DNA of 64,000 nucleotides from Phycisphaerales bacterium (lineage in GTDB: Bacteria > Planctomycetota > Phycisphaerae > Phycisphaerales > SM1A02): contig JAPKCC010000001.1 in the NCBI GenBank assembly GCA_028823105.1, forward strand, positions 10,089 through 74,088, written 5' to 3'. Positions 11,065-18,533 of the stretch are shown here, piece by piece (position 1 is the first letter of the stretch; every line of letters starts with the position of its first letter). The position numbers were made by a program, and so were the translations under genes. Under the pieces are notes generated by a model. It did no database searches, had not been told where the DNA came from, and worked only from the letters and a program-made list of their open reading frames with translations.

Positions 11065-11238
11065 TCAGTCGGTCTTCTGGGCCCCGAGAATATCGGATCG
11101 GAGTTGCTTGGCAGCTTCCCGAACGTCCTGCATGATCTTTCGGACTCGGGTGCCTGCGGCTTTGTTGCCACCAGCGGCCTTCTGTACGTCATCCTGGCAA
11201 GAGTCGATGAGTTGCCGAAGGTGTTCGTAGGCTTGCAT
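11065..11238 (-). CDS. Hc1 (HctA)-type histone H1-like DNA-binding protein, short form
   Basis: 57 aa, below the ORF-track cutoff: MQAYEHLRQLIDSCQDDVQKAAGGNKAAGTRVRKIMQDVREAAKQLRSDILGAQKTD. GNKAA..RVR....AK..R matches the chlamydial Hc1 N-terminal domain. A strong AAGGAG SD (11252-11247) lies 8 nt before the ATG. Confidence 0.7.
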   Translation of the reverse strand: MQAYEHLRQLIDSCQDDVQKAAGGNKAAGTRVRKIMQDVREAAKQLRSDILGAQKTD

Positions 11239-11518
11239 TCGAAGCGCTCCTTAACATGCGGTGTTGAGCGGGCAGGATTCTCTTCGGAGGATCGCTGCCG
11301 AGCGTCAGGATCTATGGACTAGAATACGAAGTCCATCGGCCCAATGCCCGATTCAAGATCAGGATGCGGTATCCGGCGACGTTATTGCGTCTTAGTTAAT
11401 CCTACAGCTTCCCCGCTTTTTCGCTTCATATCGGCCATATATCGAGTCATTTCATGGCGCATATGGGAATTTTGAGGCTGGGATCTCTTTTTGTCAATCA
11501 GCGTTCTTCGACTCGAAC

Positions 11519-12991
11519 TCAGACCCGAAGATCTGCCTTGGAATGAAGATTCCCCGCGTATCGAGCGCGGATCGGATCCACTTCTGAGGCCACGAATGCG
11601 TCTACCTGCTCGGGGGCTCGGCCGATGAATCGGGCGGGATCCATCAGGTCATCGATGGGAATCCCCGCGAACTCAGGAGTGGCTTTGAGTCGATCGAGAA
11701 GATCGTTCTCGGCGCCTTCGGACTTGATTCGATGAGCGGCTTCCATGCTGGCTGCTCGGATCACCTCGTGGAGTTTCTGCCGGTCTCCGCCGCGTCGGCT
11801 TGCTTCCAGCATGAGATCTTCAGTGGCCATGAACGGGAGTTCAGCGGCCAGATGTGCGTCGACCACACGATCGTTGACGATCAACCCTCCGGCGACGTTC
11901 TCCATGATGTCAAGGGCGCCGTCGAGTGCGAGAAAGGCCTCTGGGATACTGAGTCGCCGGTTTGAGGAATCGTCGAGTGTTCGCTCGAACCACTGCGTGG
12001 CAGCGGTATCGAGCCCGTTGCCAACGAGATTTATGACGAATCTTGAGAGGCCGGTGGCGCGTTCGCATCGCATCGGATTGCGCTTGTAGGCCATGGCGCT
12101 CGACCCGATCTGGTTCGCCTCGAATGGTTCTTCGACCTCTTTGAGATTGGCAAGCAACCGAAGATCGTTACAGCACTTGTGAATGGCCGCGGCGACCACG
12201 GCAAGCCCGTTCAGGAGTTGCGCGTCGGCCAACCGGGGATATGTCTGGCCGCTGACTCGCCAGGTGCGATCGGGGGGCCACTTGAGTCTGGCCGCAACCA
12301 GTCGTTCGAGTGCGTCCACTTTGTCCGGATCGCGATCGAAGAGCCCCAGAAACGAAGCCTGAGTTCCGGTGGCGCCACGCATTCCTCGCAGCCGGAGGCC
12401 ATCCCGGAGACGTTCGATCTCTTGGAGCGAGATCACCAGATCCTGGCCCCAGAGGGTGGCTCGTTTTCCGACGGTGGTGGGCTGGGCGGGCTGATAGTGC
12501 GTGAATCCAAGCGTCGCAAGTGAGCGGTAACGCGTCGCAAACGTCCCGAATCGGTCGATCACCCTCGCGATCTTGCCTGCGACCAGATCCAGTGCATCTC
12601 GTTGAATGAGGATGTCCGCGTTGCAGACGACGTCCTGGCTGGTGGCACCGAGATGGATGATTCCGGCCGCTTCGGGGACGCGATCTCCGAAGGTGTGGAC
12701 GTGCGCCATCACGTCGTGGCGAAGCCTTCCTTCGTGCTTTGCGGCGGCTTCGAAATCGATGTCGTCGAGGGCGGCCCGCATTCCATCGATCTGGGCGGAT
12801 TCGATCGGGAGCCCCAATTCTCGCTGAGATTCCGCCAAGGCCAGCCAGATCCGGCGCCAGTACCCGAATTTATGGCGAGCGGAGAAGACGGCCCGCATCT
12901 CAATCGACGCGTTCCGGGTCTCCAAGGGGGACCGATATCCCGCATGGACGTCCGGAACATCATGAATGTCAGTGGTTTGCGTCTTGTTCAT
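11519..12991 (-). CDS. purB: adenylosuccinate lyase
   Basis: HLGATSQDVVCNADI and GSSAMAYKRNPMRCE are fumarate-lyase/PurB signatures. The likely start is MNKTQ at 12991; the maximal ORF reaches 13057. Confidence 0.95.
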   Translation of the reverse strand: MNKTQTTDIHDVPDVHAGYRSPLETRNASIEMRAVFSARHKFGYWRRIWLALAESQRELGLPIESAQIDGMRAALDDIDFEAAAKHEGRLRHDVMAHVHTFGDRVPEAAGIIHLGATSQDVVCNADILIQRDALDLVAGKIARVIDRFGTFATRYRSLATLGFTHYQPAQPTTVGKRATLWGQDLVISLQEIERLRDGLRLRGMRGATGTQASFLGLFDRDPDKVDALERLVAARLKWPPDRTWRVSGQTYPRLADAQLLNGLAVVAAAIHKCCNDLRLLANLKEVEEPFEANQIGSSAMAYKRNPMRCERATGLSRFVINLVGNGLDTAATQWFERTLDDSSNRRLSIPEAFLALDGALDIMENVAGGLIVNDRVVDAHLAAELPFMATEDLMLEASRRGGDRQKLHEVIRAASMEAAHRIKSEGAENDLLDRLKATPEFAGIPIDDLMDPARFIGRAPEQVDAFVASEVDPIRARYAGNLHSKADLRV

Positions 12992-13142
12992 TCGTTTACA
13001 CGGGGGAGTGGAACTATTGTTGGAAGGACTCGTATGAAATGCTACCGACCTGATCAAGACTCGACCTTCACGTGATGTGAATTCTTCAATGGTCGGGAAG
13101 TTTCGAGGTTCGGTTGCCAGAACGGTCTGAAAGACGACCCCG

Positions 13143-13170
13143 GCTCATGATGATCATGATGATCATGAGC
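13143..13170. promoter_or_regulatory. near-perfect 28-bp palindrome (candidate operator) in the purB / ECF-sigma divergent region
   Basis: GCTCATGATGATCATGATGATCATGAGC has 13 of 14 arm positions self-complementary. It sits in a visibly lower-GC intergenic stretch about 145 bp upstream of the sigma-factor ORF. Confidence 0.4.
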
Positions 13171-13314
13171 ATCACTTTCAGGAATTGAAGAATCTTTAGT
13201 AGATCGGCATGCCGGCAGGAATATGCTTCCGTAGTAAGTCACAGATAGATCCGACTGAAAATACCTGCCTTTGAATGCACGGCAGACCAGATACGTCAAG
13301 ATCAGAGGACGCCC

Positions 13315-14052
13315 ATGGCCGACGCAGCACGCTCAATACGATCATCGAAGGATATTGGTGGGGGGACGCACCTCTCTCCGCCTTCGGTGCGGGGCGTGGT
13401 CTCCAACGGTGCCAGTGGAACGCATGCCGCGATGGATCCCGATCCCAGTAGGTCGGGCGTGGTCGGGGCGGTCCGGACGGACGAGCCGATTGTGGATCCC
13501 GATCTTGAGTTGATCGAAGCCTGGCGGAACGGCTCCGCGGCCGCATTGGAAAGCCTGTTTCAGAAGTCTCAGGGCAGGGTCTACGGGCTGTGCTTGAGAA
13601 TGCTCGGTCGCCCAGATGTCGCGGCGGATGTCGCTCAGGATGCATTCCTGCGGATGTACGAGGGATTGCCGCGATTCGATGGTCGTGCCCGTTTCAGCAC
13701 GTGGAGCGTCCGGGTGACGCTGAACTGTGTGTATTCCCACTTGAGGCGGGAAAAACTCCGCAAGCACGCGCCTCTCCCAGAGTCGGATTCCGGATTCGCT
13801 CCAAGAAGCAGGGAACCAAAGCCTTCTCATTGCATCGAACACGATGACCTCTACCGTGGCGTCATGGCGGGTCTTGGAATGCTCGACCTTCAGGCCCGAG
13901 CAATTCTCGTACTCCGAGATCTCCAAGGACTCGATTACAGCGACATTGCAGAGGTGATCGGAACGCCGATCGGCACCGTGAAGAGCCGATTGTTCCGAGC
14001 CAGGGCCGCGCTTCGCGAGGCCCTCGAACAGATGGGCTACGGCGCCGGCTGA
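13315..14052 (+). CDS. ECF-type RNA polymerase sigma-70 family factor
   Basis: Region 2 (DVAQDAFLRMYEGLPRFDGRARFSTWSVRVTLN) and region 4 HTH (LQGLDYSDIAEVIGTPIGTVKSRLFRARAAL). Coordinates are the maximal ORF; the start may be the ATG at 13432. Confidence 0.9.
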   Translation: MADAARSIRSSKDIGGGTHLSPPSVRGVVSNGASGTHAAMDPDPSRSGVVGAVRTDEPIVDPDLELIEAWRNGSAAALESLFQKSQGRVYGLCLRMLGRPDVAADVAQDAFLRMYEGLPRFDGRARFSTWSVRVTLNCVYSHLRREKLRKHAPLPESDSGFAPRSREPKPSHCIEHDDLYRGVMAGLGMLDLQARAILVLRDLQGLDYSDIAEVIGTPIGTVKSRLFRARAALREALEQMGYGAG

Positions 14053-14190
14053 ACCGGACCATGATCCGTCCTTCGAGGTGCACCGAATCGTTCGCGGTTC
14101 GGTGTTGTTGTTTGTATCGTCAGCGGCATGGCCGCCGTGCCGCGTGGCGATTCTCTGGTCGTCCCAGTCGGAATGTAGGATCTGGAAAGC

Positions 14191-14228
14191 GTAAGACCTC
14201 TCAAGACCTCTCAAGACCTCTGAAGCAA
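14191..14228. repeat. about 3.5 copies of a 10-bp direct repeat (TCAAGACCTC) between the sigma and putative anti-sigma genes
   Basis: gTAAGACCTC TCAAGACCTC TCAAGACCTC TGAAGCAAGAC, ending 10 nt before the ATG at 14238. Confidence 0.8.
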
Positions 14229-14237
14229 GACTTTCTG

Positions 14238-15452
14238 ATGAAGAACGAAGTCTTTGAAAATCATCCTGATCAATCGGATCCCCTGATCGAATCTCTCGGT
14301 TTCGTGGGATTCGATTCCATCGATCTGCTTCGCTTCGTCGAATCGGAGATGGGTTCCGAGGAACGAGCAGCATTTCTCGAGCAGGTGCGTGTCGGAGATG
14401 CCGATGCGGCTCGCCGACTTGCTCGCATGAGACATGACCACGATGCCATGAGACGGATCCCGGAAGCCATCCCCGGGCGTGATCTTCTCGCTTCCGTGCG
14501 ATCGAGGATCGCACGAGGAGAGTTGATCGAAGATCAACTGTTCGCCGACCCTGGTCTCGAACCGACCGATCTGATGTCGAAGTCGATCGAGGATCTGGCT
14601 CGGCGACGCCGGAGAGATCGACGCCGTCCGTTCGAGTGGGCGGCCGCGGGGATCACCGTGGCGATGCTGGCTGGCATTCTCGGCAGCCAGCTGCTCGATC
14701 GGGCCTCTGGTGAGAGAACCACAACGTTTGCGGCCGACGATCGCGAGGCAAAGACCCGCGAGGACCGAAGCGGGGCGGTCGAGCCCAGCAACCCCAGCAA
14801 CCTCAGCATGGCGACCGGAAGGATCACGGATTCCGACCGAATCGATCGAACGTCCACGCGGCTTGCGACGGCTTCGAAAGCTGATCGAGCGCCCGGGGAG
14901 GAGATCGAACGCGAATCAGTGTCGAATCTGGCTTCCTTCGGTCTCGCAGTGGCCGGCGATGGCGGCGAGGAATTCGAAATCCGACTGGCCTCACTCGTCC
15001 TGGATTCAAATGCGGTACTGATTCGCAACCTCACGCTGGCGGAATGCATGACCGCCACCGGACGCCAGTTCATGGCCGCTCTTCAGCGGCCTCCCGGTCA
15101 GAACGGTTCAAATCTTCGGGGAGGATCGCTGCAGCCACCCCCGATCGTGGGGATGTCTGATCACCTGCCGGACAGCAAGACTCGGATCGACCTCGCAGAA
15201 CGCGGCTTTCGGTATGCGATCGTCATGCCCCGAGCCAAGGTCGAAGGTGTCCTCGCCCGATTGAGCTCGCTGGCGGGCAATGGTGAGGATGGAGCAGGGG
15301 CGAGACTGATTCCGGCCCACACCCAACGGCCGGACTCGGCCTTCGATCTGGACGCATGGTCGAGTTGGTCGGAGCAGGCCAAAGCCAGGCCGCGCCAGTC
15401 ATCTCCTTCCGCCATGTTGATCGTCCCCATCGCGGTCGTTCCGAAGGATTGA
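14238..15452 (+). CDS. single-pass membrane protein, putative anti-sigma factor
   Basis: Lies immediately downstream of the ECF sigma. It has a cytoplasmic N-domain, an RRRRRDRRRP stop-transfer, a TM helix (FEWAAAGITVAMLAGILGSQLL) and a large extracytoplasmic region. No zf-HC2 motif is present, so the role rests on context. Confidence 0.55.
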   Translation: MKNEVFENHPDQSDPLIESLGFVGFDSIDLLRFVESEMGSEERAAFLEQVRVGDADAARRLARMRHDHDAMRRIPEAIPGRDLLASVRSRIARGELIEDQLFADPGLEPTDLMSKSIEDLARRRRRDRRRPFEWAAAGITVAMLAGILGSQLLDRASGERTTTFAADDREAKTREDRSGAVEPSNPSNLSMATGRITDSDRIDRTSTRLATASKADRAPGEEIERESVSNLASFGLAVAGDGGEEFEIRLASLVLDSNAVLIRNLTLAECMTATGRQFMAALQRPPGQNGSNLRGGSLQPPPIVGMSDHLPDSKTRIDLAERGFRYAIVMPRAKVEGVLARLSSLAGNGEDGAGARLIPAHTQRPDSAFDLDAWSSWSEQAKARPRQSSPSAMLIVPIAVVPKD

Positions 15453-15493
15453 GTCGACGCCCAATCTTGAGCTTCGTCTGTCCAACCGATCGG

Positions 15494-16186
15494 TCACGCG
15501 TCGGGGGGCGTCTCTCGGCCCACTTGGGGTTCTGCACCGGCGAGAATTCTCGTCAAGTTCTTCCGATGGCGGAAGACCACGAACGCCGCGATCGCCCCGG
15601 TGACCACAAGAAATGGAAGAGAGGCAGTGATCGAGCCGCCCTCGCCGCCGAGCGCCATGGCCACGACCGTCGAGGGAAGCACGATGGCGCCCACGATGCT
15701 GGCCAGTGACATGAACCGCGTGAGTCCGAGCGTGATCGCCCACACCGTGAATGCGGCGAGCGCGGGGACCGTGAGTACCGGCCACATCGCGAGCACGGCA
15801 CCGAAACCGGTCGCCACGCCCTTGCCGCCCCGGAATCCGATCCAGGGGGAGAAGCAGTGACCGAGGATCGCGCAGACCGCCACCAGAAGCCATCCCCACG
15901 CGGCGTCGGTGGATGGAATCGCCATGCCGAGCAGACCGCCAAGCCAGCCCGAAAGAAGAACGGGTGCGGCACCCTTGAGGGCGTCGAGCATGAAACAGAG
16001 GATGCCGAATCGCTTGCCGAGTACGCGGCCGACGTTCGTGGATCCCGGATTGCCGGAACCGCGTTGGCGGATGTCCACGCCTTGGCGCCTGGCGATGATG
16101 ACGCCGAAGGGCACGCTTCCCGCGAAAAACGCGATCGCCGACCAGACCCACCAGTACCAACCAAAGTGAAGTGCCGCGTCGTTCAT
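15494..16186 (-). CDS. plsY: glycerol-3-phosphate acyltransferase PlsY
   Basis: FAGSVPFGVIIARRQGVDIRQRGSGNPGSTNVGRVLG is the PlsY signature, in a multi-TM protein. The start at 16186 overlaps the stop of the upstream GT9 gene by 4 nt (ATGA). Confidence 0.9.
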   Translation of the reverse strand: MNDAALHFGWYWWVWSAIAFFAGSVPFGVIIARRQGVDIRQRGSGNPGSTNVGRVLGKRFGILCFMLDALKGAAPVLLSGWLGGLLGMAIPSTDAAWGWLLVAVCAILGHCFSPWIGFRGGKGVATGFGAVLAMWPVLTVPALAAFTVWAITLGLTRFMSLASIVGAIVLPSTVVAMALGGEGGSITASLPFLVVTGAIAAFVVFRHRKNLTRILAGAEPQVGRETPPDA

Positions 16187-17253
16187 GTCGTGGACGATAC
16201 CGATTTCGAGCCATCCGGCTTGAGGAGCGTGGCGTTCACCGCGCGAAGGACGTCTCCCACGGGAATTCGATCGACGCGGCACATCTTCGGATGCCGGTCG
16301 GCGATCTGCTCCTCCGGGAGGAAGGGCTCGCCGAGGAGAATTCGCTCCCGAGCGCCGCGAAGTGTGGTCCACCGATGATCCGTCGGTCCAAAGAGGGCGA
16401 CGGTCGGGATACCGAGTGCCACGGCGAGATGCCTGGGACCCGTGTCATTGGTGATTACCGCCGCGCACCGTTCGATGACTCCTCGCAGGGAATGAAGCCC
16501 GAGTCCCCGCGATGCCAGATCGATCACGCGGGGTCCCTCATCACGCCGGGCCTTCGCTTCAAGTTCGGAGAGAAGGCCCCGCTCGTCGGGACCGCCCAGG
16601 AGGACCACAGCGTTTGCGGTCGAACCGAGTCGATGAGCGAGATCGACGAATCGCTCCAAAGGCCAGCGTTTCTTCAACTTGCTTCCACCCGGCACGAATG
16701 CCACGATCGGTCCCGTGATGTCGGCCAGCAGTTGGGTGGCGGCGGCCTGCTCGCTCGGAGTCGTGACCAGTCGAGGAAGACGATCATCGACCGAGATCCC
16801 AAAGGCTGATTCCACCAGAGTCGCGTAGAAGTCGACGGTGGGAAAAGGCCGATCACCAGCGGGCGGTGTGGTCGGATGCGTCAGGAGTGCCTGGCGGGCA
16901 TCCCGGGCGAATCCGATTCGCGGGCGGATTCGAGAAACGGCGGCCCCGAGTCCTGATCTGAAACTGTTTCGGAGAAGCAGCACCGCATCGGCGTCGTCGG
17001 CTTGAAGCGCTCGGCCAGACTTCACGGGGCCGAAAATTCCCTTGTCGTTGATTCCGACGATCGAGGAAATCGCCGGGTGTCCTTCGAGCATCGAGACCGC
17101 GGACGGTTTTCCGAAGAGCGACAACTCAAGCGAAGGTGCCGCGAGGTTGATCGCGCGAATCGATGGTTCGGCCATCACCGCATCGCCGAGCCAGTTGGGC
17201 ATCAAGATCGCCAGGCGTCGGAGGTTGGAGAGATTCACGGGGGGCTTGCTCAT
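16183..17253 (-). CDS. glycosyltransferase family 9 (LPS heptosyltransferase-like)
   Basis: LAILMPNWLGDAVMAEPSIRAI and VITNDTGPRHLAVALGIPTVALFGPTD are GT9 hallmarks. Confidence 0.9.
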   Translation of the reverse strand: MSKPPVNLSNLRRLAILMPNWLGDAVMAEPSIRAINLAAPSLELSLFGKPSAVSMLEGHPAISSIVGINDKGIFGPVKSGRALQADDADAVLLLRNSFRSGLGAAVSRIRPRIGFARDARQALLTHPTTPPAGDRPFPTVDFYATLVESAFGISVDDRLPRLVTTPSEQAAATQLLADITGPIVAFVPGGSKLKKRWPLERFVDLAHRLGSTANAVVLLGGPDERGLLSELEAKARRDEGPRVIDLASRGLGLHSLRGVIERCAAVITNDTGPRHLAVALGIPTVALFGPTDHRWTTLRGARERILLGEPFLPEEQIADRHPKMCRVDRIPVGDVLRAVNATLLKPDGSKSVSSTT

Positions 17254-17564
17254 CCGTGATCATCCGTCCCGGTTGGCCGGTCATCGTCAGGTCCCGCCCT
17301 CCAGAGGTGAGTCCCGAACCGTCCGACGTGCCAATGATCCGTCGATCGGCGCAATTCGGCGAGTAACCCGATCGCCATCAGTGTCGATCCACTCACTCGA
17401 ATGGTGAGTCGATCCGTCTCGCACGTGACGTCTTCGACTTCGACGCCGGTTCGTTCGGCGATTCCGTGAGCCGCGGCGATGATGGTCTCCCGGATCCGAG
17501 GGGCGTGGAGGTCCGCCGCCTGATGGGTCAAGAGCGAGGCAGATCCCGATGCCTCGGGGCTCAT
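17250..17564 (-). CDS. hypothetical protein (104 aa)
   Basis: Reads MSPEASGSASLLTHQ... It overlaps both neighbours by 4 nt (ATGA at 17564-17561 and 17253-17250), which implies translational coupling. No family recognised. Confidence 0.55.
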   Translation of the reverse strand: MSPEASGSASLLTHQAADLHAPRIRETIIAAAHGIAERTGVEVEDVTCETDRLTIRVSGSTLMAIGLLAELRRSTDHWHVGRFGTHLWRAGPDDDRPTGTDDHG

Positions 17565-18376
17565 CGTCGCTCCAAGAGAAAACTGGCGATCGACGCGAGC
17601 AGGATGACCACGGTCACCAGCATCCAAGCCAGGAAAGACTGTGGCTCTTCGAGAAAGAGCAGGCCCGCCACGAACGGCAGCGGTGCGAGCATCAGGAGGC
17701 TCGCACCGATGGCGCGAGCGGAGCCGGTTCCTCGGGGCCGGGTCGACTCGGCAAGATCGTCGATCGCTCGCCTCAGCTGCGAAAATTCCGTCATCTCCTC
17801 GCCTCGGCCGCGGGAGGGTTTTCCCGACGCGAGGATCAGATCGACGGCTTCGCCAAACTCAGCGGCGGACGCGGTAGGGGGCACCGCGAAGGTCGAGGAA
17901 TCAGCCAGCGAGCCGAGCCGAACGGTCCGACATCCTGCCGCGTTCCCGGCCTCGATATCTCGCGACTGGTCGCCGATCAGCCAACTTCCGTTCAAATCGA
18001 GGCCGAGATCCCTCGCGGCCTGAAGCAGCATGCCTGGCTGGGGCTTTCGCCACGGATGTTCCCTCTGATAGGCCTCGACGGTGGCTTCAGGATGGAATGG
18101 GCAGTAATAGAAGCGGTCGATCAGTCCTCGTCGACCCGCCGCGTGATCCACGAGTCCGGCGATCTCCCGATGCACTCGATCCACATCGTCTTCGCCGTAG
18201 CGACCTCGGGCGACGCCGCCCTGATTGGTGACCACGACCAGGCGATATCCAGCATCTCGAAGACGGCGGAGGCCATCAGGCACGCCGTCGAGGAGCACGA
18301 CGCGCGCAGGATCACCGAGATCGCCATCATTGGCGATCAGCGTGTTGTCTCGATCAAGAAAGACCACGGGATCCAT
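17561..18376 (-). CDS. gmhB: D,D-heptose 1,7-bisphosphate phosphatase (HAD, GmhB-like) with a C-terminal membrane extension
   Basis: FLDRDNTL (HAD motif I), VVTNQGGVARG, CPFHPE and RKPQPGML are GmhB motifs. The C-terminus adds two predicted TM helices (AIGASLLMLAPLPFVAGLLFL, FLAWMLVTVVILLASIASFLL). The start is taken at MDPVVFLDRD. Confidence 0.85.
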   Translation of the reverse strand: MDPVVFLDRDNTLIANDGDLGDPARVVLLDGVPDGLRRLRDAGYRLVVVTNQGGVARGRYGEDDVDRVHREIAGLVDHAAGRRGLIDRFYYCPFHPEATVEAYQREHPWRKPQPGMLLQAARDLGLDLNGSWLIGDQSRDIEAGNAAGCRTVRLGSLADSSTFAVPPTASAAEFGEAVDLILASGKPSRGRGEEMTEFSQLRRAIDDLAESTRPRGTGSARAIGASLLMLAPLPFVAGLLFLEEPQSFLAWMLVTVVILLASIASFLLERR

Positions 18377-18533
18377 GAACCTTGGAGGATATCCGCACCC
18401 GTCGGTTCCTTGTGGAATTCGGTGTCGATCATTCCGGAACCCGCATTCTGAGATCGGGGAGGCTAGGCTTCGCGATTCACGGCGGGCTGGCCATAACGGT
18501 TGAGCTGGTCGAAACCTCGAAAGGTGTTGGATC

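Noticed and set aside
11341-11365. Shared ATTC(A/G)A(GA)TCAG motif seen at about 11349, about 45192 and about 47607
   Set aside because: There are only three loose copies with inconsistent orientation relative to nearby genes. It is too short and degenerate to call by eye, though a genome-wide motif count could revisit it.
13054-13299. 81-aa minus-strand ORF with a His/Asp-rich stretch (DAHDHHDHHE)
   Set aside because: Its third-position GC is far lower than in the real genes here, and it has a TTG start without an SD. The His-rich stretch is just the reverse reading of the TCATGA/GATC palindrome. I treat the locus as regulatory DNA instead.
14061-14237. Upstream 59 codons of the anti-sigma ORF
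   Set aside because: The stretch is Arg/Cys-rich junk (MIRPSRCTESFAVRCCCLYRQRHGRR) covering the 10-bp repeats. A plausible start with a normal N-terminus is at 14238.
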